A stretch of 60,240 nt of DNA from contig LWCA01000073.1 in the NCBI GenBank assembly GCA_001642005.1, positions 1-60,240 of the forward strand, read 5' to 3'. A model generated the notes under the pieces. That model saw only the letters and a program-made list of their open reading frames with translations, was not told the DNA's origin and did no database searches. Shown one piece after another: positions 26,601 to 39,170 of the stretch. This DNA is from Intoshia linei. Taxonomy: Eukaryota; Animalia; Orthonectida. Both the position numbers and the translations under genes were made by a program. Numbering within the stretch: the first letter of the stretch is position 1; every line of letters begins with the position of its first letter.

Positions 26601-27620
26601 TCAATTATTTCAATAAATGATTACACACACAGACATTCATTTTTATGTAAGTAAAAGATAGTTAACCATTTATTAATTTGAATAATTTTGAAATAAATAT
26701 GTATGTATAAAATAAATAATGCGATTGTAGAGTTTGAGCAATACCAAAAGTCAACCTGTGCAATATACAATATAAATAATTTTTAATTTAGCAATTTTTA
26801 AAATATCTAACAAATTCTGTAGTTGATGATGATAGATTAATGGAATACACAAATTATATTGTAATATATTGTAATTATTATAAATAAAAACCCCAATCTA
26901 TAAATGTCACTAAAATCTTTATATATGTATATTTATTATCACCATTTTCATCATTTTAGTTGGATCTTTACGATTTTAATAAAGATGGAAAATTAGCAAT
27001 GTCCGAAATGGCAAAGTTAATTTACAATTATATTATTTGTATTTGTTTATACTTTATCTATTAGTTTGCTCCCAGTTAAACAAAATTTCTTGTGTAATGC
27101 AAAATTTAAAGTAATTTTTTATCCTTAATTTTTTTTAATTTTTTTAATTTTTTTAAAATTTTTTAGCATTTAGAAAATTTAACTGAAGCTGAAATTGATA
27201 CTGTTTTTGATTTTTACGATAATGTGATTTAAAATAATTGATGGATGAATAAATAGATTTTAGAATAACGACGAATTTCTAGATATGACAGAATTGAGTG
27301 CTTTTTTAAAAGATTTAATAGAACTAATCAAAGCAGTAATTTTTCAGTTTTTATAAATCAGTATAAATAATAATTGTTTTTTTTTAAATAATAAATATTT
27401 TAAAAGCCTTATTGTGATCCACCTTTTGAGCTTAAGATGTTAAATTTTAGTTTAATCAATTAGAATGTAAATTATACAATAAATGTTTATTTAGGATTAT
27501 GATGAAAGTGACATAAACGAAATGAAATGTTTTATTGTCGAAAATTGGACCCAAGAGAATTCCAACTATATTAATAGAAAACAAATGAAAATGCTATTAT
27601 TGCAAATATACAGCAAATAA
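23683..27620 (+). CDS. Calbindin-32/calretinin/secretagogin-family hexa-EF-hand Ca2+-binding protein (~10 exons)
   Basis: FVAIWNQYDVD..GYL, YDTDKSGSISIKEMANILPVSQNFL, EFIQIWKLFDENCSGYIEIDELK, RLMEYTNYILDLYDFNKDGKLAMSEMANLLPVKQNFL, IDTVFDFYDNNNDEFL. An additional upstream exon is possible. Confidence 0.9.
24603..25364 (+). mobile_element. Helitron family A, 5' two-thirds, followed by a hAT end (CAGTGGTTCTCAACC at 25365)
   Basis: Colinear with 37875-38620. Confidence 0.8.
25790..26659 (-). mobile_element. Helitron family A variant
   Basis: Reverse complement of the family core; variant 5' end ATCTTTTACTTACATAAAATGAATGTCTGTGTGTG. Confidence 0.75.
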
Positions 27621-27911
27621 AATTATACCATGTTTAAACTTTCTACATGTAACAAATGTTAATTAATAAATAATGTTGCTAATGTAAAATCTGTTGTAAT
27701 TACTCCATTTTATTAATGAATTAATGTAAACAGGAAATTTCAATTGAAGAGTATTATCTGGGTCAATTAAACAATAGCTGTTTCTGTAAATTTTGTTTAA
27801 ACTATTGAATTTTATTTAAAAACAAATTCTTTTAAAAAAACAAGTTTATCATGTAACCCATATAAAATTGTTACATTTCGATTTTATACCTAAAGTATTT
27901 ATTTAAATTAA

Positions 27912-30900
27912 ATGTACCCATATAATACGCACTTTGAATACACCGAAGAAGATAATTTGAATACATTTCAACATGATCGAATGAAATCTGAAATAAATCA
28001 AGAAATTTTGATGTCGTAATATATGTTTTATTTAAGTGAATTACATATAAAATATAAACGTATATACGTGAATACCTCAAATAAGTCAGTGACTAGATCC
28101 TAGTAGGGACTTGCAAACGATATGAACGTACGTAACATTTTTAATATTGACAGACAGGTATAAGTGTCTGAGTTAAAAATTGAAAATTATTAATTTAATT
28201 TTAATTGTAAATAATTTCATTTTTTTATCGGTACTGATTGTATAATATTACAATGTCAAATGGTTAATATAGATAAAACTAGCTTGGCTGTTTTGTACTT
28301 TGTACAAACAATACCTAGCTCGCTGATGGCGGACATTTTTTAATTCTACCAAAAAAATAATATTACCTGATTTTTTGATAGTGAAGGCGTCACTTAGTCA
28401 AATTGAAATTTTTTGTGTGTATTAACTGGCTATAACTGTATCATCTGTATTTTTTTTAATTTTAGAGATGTTTTCATTTTTTAATAAAAAGTAATCTGTA
28501 ATTTTGATGGTGAAAATAAACTTTTTTCAAGTTTTCATTTATGATAATACTTATGATTTTAAATACTATCCCAGAATTTATGTTGTATACAATTCTAGAA
28601 CTTTTTTTATTTTTACAAAAATTGGTAATTTAATGTTTTGGTCGTGAAGATTAAAGATTTTGAAATTGAACATTATTATTATGTTGACGATTTTAAAATA
28701 ATGATCTGGATTGTGTAATTTTTATAATTCTAAGACAGGTTTGAATTTAAAAAAAAAAATAATTGGTGGTTTTGACCTTGAAGGACTCAATTTCTAAGAT
28801 GGAAATGTATCTTACTTTCACCACCAGAAAAAAGTGGAGAGGTGTGCGGGTAAGCAAATTTAACTGTACGATAATAGATTAATATATATATAAATGATAA
28901 TAGAACACACACAAAAAAATTCAATTTGAATAAATGACACCCCCACAGTCAAAAATGCATTTTAGTATTCATATATTTTTTTCCGAAATATTTTATTAAC
29001 ATAATGTAAAACAAAAAATGTAAAATAATTAACTGTCCGATAATTAAAAAAAAAAAATTATTCTGATAGAGCTTATTCCAGTTGATATAAATACAAAATT
29101 TCAACCCCAGTAATCTACGAATTCCCGGTGAAAAATAATTTTTAATATATTATCAACCAATATAATTCATATTTTTAATATTCATATTTCGATTAAAATA
29201 AAATATGAAAATATAAATATTGATTCTACAATTTCCAAAAAAAATGTGCATTGAACGTCTACACATTTGCAATAAAGAAATATGGGTGAAAATCTATATA
29301 ATTTAATCTTTCGGAATTTTTTTTATTGCTACGCAATTTTTAAATTTCAAATTTTAATTTCAAAAAATTTTGTTAAAACTTTAATACAACTTTGTTATTA
29401 TAATGTTTATATTTATTACAATCCTATGCAATATTGGTAAAATTCACCTAAAATATGTTTATAAAGTGGTTATTCCGTTAATTATTGATGCATAATTGGT
29501 ATATTTATTGGTGTTGCAGGCCGTATGCGGCCCTTGGATCCCATTTTGATAGGAATGTTGTATATTTTATTTAATTTTAAAATTATTAGAAAACTTTTAT
29601 CTCAATCTATCAACGACATAAAAAATTCTTTGGTAAATGATGATTACGCCTCAAATACAAATAAATACCAAATGTATAATGAACCCGACTACAATAAAAG
29701 TAATATAATTATATTATGGTTATTATAGAGTAGGGTGGGCATTATGTTTCACTTTCTGAATAGAACGGGAAAAAATTTTACTCCAATTTAAATATTTAAG
29801 TTGAATTTTAGTTGAATTAATTAAAAATACACATGTAAACTATTCATTTATATCTATATAAAAATTATTGAATGATTCATTTTAAAAGTTGGATTTAAAT
29901 TAGTTTATAATCGCAGTATGTTATCTAAATTAATCTGTATATCGGTCACTCTCTTGGTATACTATACAATGTGTAGTACACATATTATTGTAGATTGTTT
30001 TTTTATATTGGATATTGAATTTTTTTTATTTTTATAGGTGTCAACTGGAAAGAAAAACACTTCAAGCAGTATCAGTATAATCAAAGATTGGAAAAAGAAT
30101 CAATTCAATTGAGTGAAAAATTATTTCATGCAAAAATGGCTCTTAAACAAAGAAAAGAGAGTAACATATAAATATTATAATTTGATATATCAGTTAGTAT
30201 ATATTGGAACATAACGTACACCAATTCCGCTATTTTATTGCCTAAAAATTGAAAATAACAGTTATAAATCACATTGGTCATCATAATTTTTACATACTTA
30301 AGAAATTTTCCAACATTACCTATTAATAAATTAAAATAGGCCCTCATGATTGTAGGCCCAGTCCATATCCACCTCTACAGGGTCCTGCGCATACTTCAAC
30401 AACGTTAAAAATTTAACATAATCACAAACATAATTTAAAACAATTGATTCGTTCATTCAATCACTGATTCGATACATCAGATTAAAATTTATCAGATATA
30501 CATTATTAAAATATACAGGTGATAGATTTGTATCATGTTAACACACATAAAAAATTTCAATCCGAATAAGTGACAACTTCACGGTCAAAAAAGCATTTTA
30601 GTATTATATATTTTTTTTCTAAAATATTTTATTAAAACAAAAAATATGAAATAATTAACGGTCCGAAAATTAAAAAAAAAGATTATTTTGATAGAGCTTA
30701 TTCTAGTTGATATAAATACAAAATTTCAACCACAGAAATTTACGCATTCCCGGTGAAAAATAATTTTTAATATATTATCAACCAATATTTTTCAAATATT
30801 TCGAATTAAAATCAAAAATTGAAAATGTAAATATTGAACCTACAATTTCAAAAAAAATGTGCATTGTACGTTTACACACTTCCAATAAAGACATATGGGT

Positions 30901-32662
30901 GAAAATCTATATAATTCATTCCCTCGGAATTTTTAAAAGGATTGATAATAGTGAATAGTATGATTTTTAAGTTAGATTTTTTTGGTAGAATAAAAATGTG
31001 CCTTCGGTAGAGCTAGCTGCTGTTTGTACGTAGTACATAACAGTCAACCTAATAAAATATATTCAGTGATGATTTTTTGTTTCAAAAAATATAATTGACG
31101 TTATATGAAACCTAAATTGGCCCCGTTATAAATTTTAAATTGATTCAACATTATAATTTAGACGGAAAACATGAAAATTCATATAATTATTACAACAATT
31201 ATTATAAAATTTCAAAACATAGACTGCATTTATTGGAAAAACAAAAATTGAAAATTTTTGGTGAATTGCGAGACCTTGAAAGAAGATTAGATGGTGAATC
31301 TGCAGTAATATTTAATTAAAAATTGGACCCACAAACCCACATAAATGGTTTAAAAAGTTAAAAAAAATAATGGACCTTATAATATTTTTAGACTAAATCG
31401 AAATTTAGATGAAATTAATAATATAATTTTTTATAGTCCTAGCCATGTGAGGGAATTTTACATGAATATGAGTGTAATGATTTGGACAGCGAGTTTGTTT
31501 GACTTCGACTTTAAAAATATTTTGACTGGTGTTATGCCGTGTCAAGGTCGAACTGGCCGAAATAATGGCTATTATTAATCATTATATGTTTATCACGGTT
31601 TATCAGTGTTTGTACATAATCATACATTTTTATTGATTCCTGATATAAATAGCCCTGTATGTCTTTTTTAAAATTTAATTTAAATGCATTTAAGTATTTA
31701 TTATTTTTTACTATTTTAGTTTACTAATAATAATAATAAATACCCCTATGTTGATTATATTAATTGCATTATTAATTAGGCTTATCATCGAGCAAAAGAT
31801 GCATTGAATGAAAAAGTTGTTGAATTAAATGCTATAGCGGATAATATAGAAAGAGTTCAAAATTATCAAAGAAATGCTTTAGCCATGATTCAATCACATC
31901 ATAAGCAACACAATATTATAACCGATAAAAATAGGTTTTTAAATAAAGTGGTCAGAAAAAATACGTATTATCAATTTTAGTTTATTTGGTGATAAATGTA
32001 AAGCTAAAACTACTTATCTATGATGACGAATAAAAATTTTGGGTTTAAAATAAAGTGGCACGAAAAATATGTACTATCACTTTTAGTTTATTTGGAATAA
32101 ATTTTAAGCCGAAAATTTTTATTCGTCATCATTAATAAGTAGTTTTAGCTTTACATTTATTACCAAATAAACTAAAATTGATAATACGTATTTTTTCTGA
32201 CCACTTTATTTAAAATGTATTGAAAATAAACTAAAAGTGATAATACGTATATTTCTGGCCATTTTATTTTACAGTGTAATCACCATGAATCAATTACTTA
32301 ATCAATATTTACCATAATTTAACAATTTTAAAAATTATTTCCATTTTTTTGAAAAACTAAAAAATTAAAATTGAGTAATTAAAAATTATTTACATGTATA
32401 TTAAAATTCACTTCATAATAATTTTTAAAAATACAAATTAAACACCTATTTAAATAGAAAAAAGGAAAAAATTGTACGTATTGATGATACTCCATTAATT
32501 CATACCGAAGATTTAAACAAATTAACAAATGAGATTGATGATTACGAAAAGTATATAGAAATGGCAAACCTTCCTCGAGAAAAAACAATTGTCAAATCAA
32601 AAACAGTACCAAGTAAAATTCCCCAAAAAATTAAAAAAAAGAGAAAATTGATAAAGCATTAG
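27912..32662 (+). CDS. CCDC169: Coiled-coil domain-containing protein 169-like; exons 27912-28015, 29590-29699, 30038-30112, 31162-31304, 31780-31934, 32458-32662
   Basis: All phases compatible: DRMKSEINQEILMSKLLSQSINDIK...WKEKHFKQYQYNQRLEKE...LRDLERRLDGESAAYHRAKD...; resembles recalled CCDC169 motifs (WKTRYETQLELNxxLEKQ, LEQESKAY). Confidence 0.75.
28279..28830 (-). mobile_element. Helitron family A variant with 3' CTAG end
   Basis: Starts ACTAGCTTGGCTGTTTTGTACTTTGTACAAACA; closely similar to 35128-35700. Confidence 0.75.
28903..29510 (+). mobile_element. Helitron family A internal fragment
   Basis: Colinear with 38250-38855. Confidence 0.8.
30510..31051 (+). mobile_element. Helitron family A fragment including the 3' hairpin end
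   Basis: Colinear with 38225-39170 with an internal deletion; ends GTACGTAGTACATAACAGTCAACCTAA|T (CTRR). Confidence 0.8.
31937..32277. repeat. Foldback inverted repeat (arms ~31937-32052 and 32101-32215), probably Tc1-TIR derived
   Basis: TTTTAAATAAAGTGGTCAGAAAAAATACGTATTATC... pairs with ...GATAATACGTATTTTTTCTGACCACTTTATTTAAAA; the spacer and 32224-32277 are degenerate copies of the arm start, ending ACAGTG-TA. Confidence 0.9.
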
Positions 32663-34721
32663 TAAAAAATTGTGTAAATAAAATGTATATTATATAAAAT
32701 AAATAATGACAAGCGTAATGTTATTTTTCTAGTTTAAACATAATTTTACTAAAATGAAATGAAACAAATTTTTGATAAAATTAATTTATACATATGTGAA
32801 TATGTTGAAATAATTATCGTACAATACAATGAAAAGTAGAAATTTATCAGGTAAATTTGATATAAATTAATATATGACCTTTTAACCGCATTGAATGAAA
32901 TGTATCGTTTCATGTAAAGTTGAATTGTACTTGTAGCAATTTAATGATATGAATCTTGGATAAATTAATTTAATTAATTAATTTCATCATAATGCGTAAT
33001 TTAATTTATGTGATCTAATAATCTATATTTTGAATTTCAAATTTCTACATTTGTAGTATTTATTTTATTTATTTTTTCACTTTTTTTGTTTTGTTTAATT
33101 CATAGTTTAATGTGAATTTTTAATTATTATTACTTTTATTTACTTTGTTAATGGTATACTACATTATTCAATTTTACGATAGAATTAACATTAACAATTC
33201 ATTGCGGCTAATTGCGTTTTTTGTTTATATTCATTTTTTCTAGTCTCATTTTATTTCTATTGTCTCATTTTATCATCAAGATTAACAGTCTTCATCAATA
33301 ATTATAAATGTAACATTTAACAGTGATATATATACAAGAATATCATGATCTACGTGTTGATGTTTTATATTGAAGATGAGAAATGTGTATAATTTTAAAA
33401 ATTTGTAATACACAGTATATGTATTAAAATTTTGATTATGTAGCTAAATGTAGATCTTAATTTAAGACTTAAACGCTTCAGGCTTAATCATAGCATGCCA
33501 ATTTATCCAATGTATTAATAGGATATAAATATATAAATTTTCAAAATTTTTATATATACATTCTATTCTTTATTATTAATACATGTAAAAATGATTCGAA
33601 ATAATTTTTTAATGGCGAAGTAGTAATTCGATTATAATCGAATTACACTGTATATTAAAATATTAATTTTGTAATAATATTTATGTAATCGGTTATTATG
33701 AAATGTGTATTATTTGTAAATTTAGAATGGAGAATAGCGAAAATTAAGTTTAAACGTTAAACATTTACACAAAATATGTACTGTATTCCGGATGATATCA
33801 GAATTACAGAAAAAGTTGTGTTGATTCGAAGTGGATCTTAAAAGAAATATCTAGAGTTTCACAGTAGGATATTTTATAGTAATTCCTGGTTAACGGAAGA
33901 CCTCATTACCGGGAAAATTCTTGATTAACCGCCTAGTTATATTTCTCAAGGTCAAAATTTCCGCTATTTAATTAATTTTTTTGGGGATAAGTAAGTTACA
34001 GCGTAAAATTAAAAATAATTAATGCTCGGATAAATATTATACATAATACAATGGCGCACTATCAAAATATCGTAAAAATATACTAATATTAGAATTTATA
34101 ATTGAATTGGATAAAAAAATATTCTCTGGTGTGAACACTATAGAATATTTCTAATTTTTTTGAAATATGGTTTGTAGGTATAATATGCTATTTTAATATT
34201 TCAGTTTTAACTTGGGTCTGTAGATCTACGATCAAATATCATATATTAAAATTAATATTAACTACGATTATAAAATACGATCTTTTGATTTACGATCAAA
34301 AAACTACGATCATTTGAACGGACACGTAATAAAATGTATATAATATTTAATATATACGCAATATTTTAGAAAATTATTTTTAATGCATATATATTTAATT
34401 ACAACTAGTTAATTATAATTTATATATTACTGAACTTGAACCATTTTATTTGAGAAATGGAATTATATAATTTAAACAAAAAATTTTATAATCTTTGTAC
34501 AGTAGACAAGTTAACATTTTGAAAATTTAACAAAACGCATATTTAAGAATTCTACTGACCAGTGTAACGAGTTGGTTCTTCTACAGCAGGGGTGTCAGTG
34601 ACGGGTATAGGATTTTCAATCAGGGGGCAAAATAATTAATAAGGACCACTCATATAATTTATTTAAATTAGAATTTTTATATTATGTTTATTAATATATT
34701 TATTTATCTTTATAATGCACA

Positions 34722-34992
34722 ATTGGGGTTTTTGACCCGTAAGATGTGAGTTTGAGAGGTTGAAATTTATCTTATTATATGCCCCGAAAAAAACTGTAAT
34801 TGAAACGTGGTCTTTAAAAAATTCTAAGAGTGGTAGTTATTTCAATAAAGTTTTTGACCCGTAAGATGTGAAATTGGGAGGTTGAAATTTATCTTATTAT
34901 ACGGTTTTTGACCCTTAAGATGTGAAATTGGGAGGTTGAAATTTATCTTATTATACGCGGAAAAAACTGTAATTGAAATGTTCTTTATAAAA
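34722..34992 (-). repeat. Tandemly triplicated Helitron family A segment
   Basis: GTTTTTGACCCGTAAGATGTGA...GAGGTTGAAATTTATCTTATTATA occurs three times (34728, 34850, 34904). Confidence 0.75.
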
Positions 34993-35127
34993 TTAATGAT
35001 TAATTGATTAATTAAAAATGAAAACTAAGTTGCTTGCAGTAGTTTCGTCAAATATTTGTTATAATATATAAAGAATATTTCAAACCGAATTTTGATTTTA
35101 ACTTTTATTTTTGACATTAAAAACTAA

Positions 35128-35700
35128 CTAGCTTGGCTGTTTTGTACTTTGTACAAACAGCACGAGAGCGGAGATTTTTAATTTTACCCCAAAAATAATA
35201 AGTGCTTTTTTGACCGTGAAGGCGTCACTTTGTCAGATTACAATGTGACTATCATATGTAAATGTGTTTTTTTTAAAAAATGTTATTTGTGGTTTTGATG
35301 GTGAAAATAAACTTTTCTGAAATTTGAATTTATGATAATGCTTATGATTTTAAAAACTATCCCAGAGTTTATGTGTATACAATTCTAGGACTTTTTTCAT
35401 TTTTACAAAAAAGGATAATTTGATGTTTTGGACCTGTGAAGATTAAAGATTTTAAAATTGAACTTTATCATAATGTTGATAATTTTTAAATCGTGATTAG
35501 ATTGTGTATTTTTTATAATTCTAGGACTGGTTTGAATTTAAAAAAAAGGACAATTGGGGTTTTTCATCTTGAAGGACTCAATTTCTCATATTAAAATGTA
35601 TCTTACTTTCACCACCGGAAAAAACTGTTGTATAAATGATGAATTTTAAAAATTATAAGACTCTTAGTTATTGAAATAAACAACAATAGACAGACAGATA
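35128..35700 (-). mobile_element. Helitron family A variant
   Basis: A|CTAGCTTGGCTGTTTTGTAC end; family core; (CAGA)n near the 5' end. Confidence 0.75.
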
Positions 35701-35805
35701 ACCAATGAGTTTTAAGTTAGAAATCCTTAACTTCAAGATCAATAAATATAAAAAAAATATTGACTGAGCTTGAATAATTTACTCGCTAGAATCTAGATTC
35801 TAGAC

Positions 35806-36792
35806 CAGGGGTGCACAACCTTTCCACCAATTCAGCCACAATGCTACTTTTCTCATTGATACTACGACCGCAAAAAATTTACTTCGACATTGAGAAAGTT
35901 TACTCTGGCTTAAACTTTAGGTATAATAAAATAGTTTTTTTTAAATTTTAATATTAGCGAGTTTTAATTAATAATTTTAAATTAAAATTAATCCTTAATT
36001 CACTCATAAATTAACATCACATTTGTCATTTATCTGAATCGGAATAAATAGCAATAGTAGGATTAATGCAGTGCTTCTCATGGGGGTGACTAGTCACCCC
36101 AAGGGGTGAATTCAAAAATTTAGAGGATTGTAGGCTAATCTACAATTTTCAACATATTTCATTAAATCATATAATTTAATGTAATCTCATGAGAAAAAAC
36201 CAAAATTTGTACCAAACCTTAAGGAAGAAATCCCTTTTTACCAACATTTTTTTTAAAAAATTCATTTTTACCAAACTTTTAGAATATAAACTACCTTATC
36301 TGATTCCATAAGAAAAAACCAAATTTTACCAACTCTTAATGAAAAAAATCGCTTATACCAATATTTTTATGAAAAATCCCATTTTACCAAATTTTTAGAT
36401 CAATAATTCTTTTGACTGATTTCATAAGAAAAAACATTAATCATTAATTTTTCGATAAATAATTAATAATAATTGGACAACATAAAAAAGTTCCATTAAA
36501 AACCGATTTGTTGATACATTAGAGTGGAAGACATAAAAAAATATGTAAATATTAATAATGACATAGAAAAGATATCAGTGACTGCTTTGATTTTCTATGC
36601 CCTTCGCTAACATTTGAGAAACTGGGTCAAAGTCAAGAATGTAATTTTTTGATTAAAATATTTTAATCGACTTTGAATAAAATCTTATTTTAAATATTCA
36701 ATTTGAAGTAAAATGATATATTGCATTATAATCAGATGTGTTGCCCACGGCCGCACATAAACGCTCTGACGGCCACAAGTTGTGCACCCCTG
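35806..36792. mobile_element. hAT MITE with a probable nested hAT MITE (~36069-36624)
   Basis: TIRs CAGGGGTGCACAAC / GTTGTGCACCCCTG (14/14); perfect TSD TTCTAGAC (35798-35805, 36793-36800). Confidence 0.92.
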
Positions 36793-37874
36793 TTCTAGAC
36801 CAAGGATTCCAATTTTTATGAAACAATCACCCCAGATTAAATAAATATAAATTTTTCAAGTTTATCACTCCCTAAAATATTTATTAGGGACTCTTAATTA
36901 ATTATAATTATAATTAAAAAAATTTGCAAAAAAATTTTAATCTAATTTTGGGAATTATAAAAATTTATTGTATAGTAAAGGTATTATTTTTTGTTTGTTA
37001 AGCCTTCGACTTATTTACTAAAACTTTTGAAATTTTTAAAAAAAATAATGGAAACTATTTAAATTTTAAATATAATAGTTTTTAAATTATAATTAATGTG
37101 ATGAAATTTTGAATGTAAATTTGCATTCATTTTAGCTTAAATTTTAATGTTTGCTTTTACTTTTTCTAATAATATTTTTATTTGACGTTGCAGGAATAAA
37201 TCCGAATGGAACTTTCTTCCTAAAAGAATTTTCATTGTTTTCTTTTATTCTTAAAATACATTTTAACACTCTTGCATTCAGACATTTTTTAAATGTGAGT
37301 GTTAATATGTTTCATTAACGAGATATTAGACTAATAATTTCAAAAAATAGTTTTTTCTCAACTTAATTTTCGCAACTTTTTGTACCAAAATGTAAATTAG
37401 TACACCATGATTAATGGCCTTTTATTTTCCACTATATATTAATGATATATAAATAAAATGAGTTATATTAAAAAATATAAGTATCATTATCTATCAATTA
37501 TCATTACAAACTTATTATAAACAACCAATTATTGTTTATAATGGAAATATTATTTAATTTTTGAAATTTTACATGTATAGATGTAATAACAATTTTACAA
37601 CTGACTGTCCGTGAAGGAAAAATAAATATAAAACAGTTTTGAATTATTACTAATTATATTGTTTTTTATACAATTATATATCTAAAGTGGATATAAATTA
37701 TTTCATTTATTTCGTGACAAATTGAAATATTTTTGTTTAAAATGATTAAATACTTGATATTTACTGCGTATTAACATTACTTTTAAGTCTCATATTATAT
37801 TTTGTCCCAGAAAACTATATTTATATTAAGTTCTCTAAATTGACCTAATTGTAATATTACATTTTAAAATATAA

Positions 37875-39170
37875 TCCTCATTTATATAATATTCTACGCA
37901 ATATTTGTTTGTGTGTCCCACTTTATTGAAATAACTACTAGTCTTAAAATTTTATAAAGTCCACATTTCAATTACAGTTTTTTTTCCAGGACATATAAGA
38001 TAAATTTCAACCTCCCAAACTCACATCTTACGGGTCAAAAACCCTAATTGTCCATTTTTTGAAAATCAAACAAGTTGGAGAATTTAAAAAAATAAATACG
38101 CTGATACGGATTTTAAAATCATAAACATTATAATAAATTTACATTAAAAAAATTATATTTTCAGGGCAAAAACCACAAATTACCCTTTTTTTTATAAAAA
38201 CAGCCCTAGAATTTAAAAAATTTACATGTGGTACAGTTATATTCTGTTAACACACACAAAAAATTTAAATCCGAATAAGTAACGACTTCACGGTCAACAA
38301 AGTATTTTAGTATTCATTTTTTTTTATTTCGAAACTATTTTATTAAAACAAAAAATTTGAAATAATTAACGGTCAGACAATTAGAAAAAAATATTATTCT
38401 GATAGAGATTATTCCAGTTGATATAAATACATATTTTCAACCCTGAAATCTACGCATTTCCGGTGAAAAATAATTTTTAATATATTATCAATTAATATTT
38501 TTCAAATATTTCGAATTAAAATAAAAATGAAAATGCAAATTGATCCCACAATTTCAAAAAAAATGTTCATTGAACGTCTACACCTTTACAATAAAGAAAT
38601 ATGGGTGAAAATCTATATAATTCATTCCTTCGGAAATTTTTTCATTGCTACGCAATTTTTAAATCTCAAATTTTCATTTTCAAAACATTTTGAATAAAAT
38701 TTAAATAAAAACTGCAACAACGAAACTAAAAGTAATACAACTTTGTTATTATCATTCTTATATTTATTACAATCCTTTGCTAGATTTGTAAAATTTGTCT
38801 TAAATATTTTTATAAAGTGAAGATTCCGTTAATTATTGATACATAATTGGTATTTTTAAGTATTTATTAAATTGGTACTGAAATATATATCATCACATTG
38901 AAAATGACAAAATAGGTTTTTATAATTTTATTTTTTCTGGAATTTATGCTATTTTGACAAAATGTTCGAATTGGACTGTTTTTACTTTATTTTTATGATG
39001 GTTCCACCTGAAACAATTTTGGGAATCACTCTTTTAAAGGATTGATAATAGTGAATAGTAGGATTATTAAGTTAAATTTTCAACACGAGTTTATTTTTTT
39101 TGGTAGAATAAAAATGTGCCCTCGGCAGAGCTAGGTGATTTTTGTACGTAGTACATAACAGTCAACCTAG
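37875..39170 (+). mobile_element. Full-length non-autonomous Helitron (family A reference copy, 1296 bp)
   Basis: Inserted between A (37874) and T (39171); 5' TC; 3' CTAG; subterminal hairpin TGTACGTAGTACA; no TSD and no TIR. Confidence 0.9.

Noticed and set aside
29525-29728. ORF MRPLDPILIG as a tarsal-less/pri-like peptide near ovo
   Set aside because: Lacks LDPTGxY; it is intron sequence running into CCDC169 exon 2.
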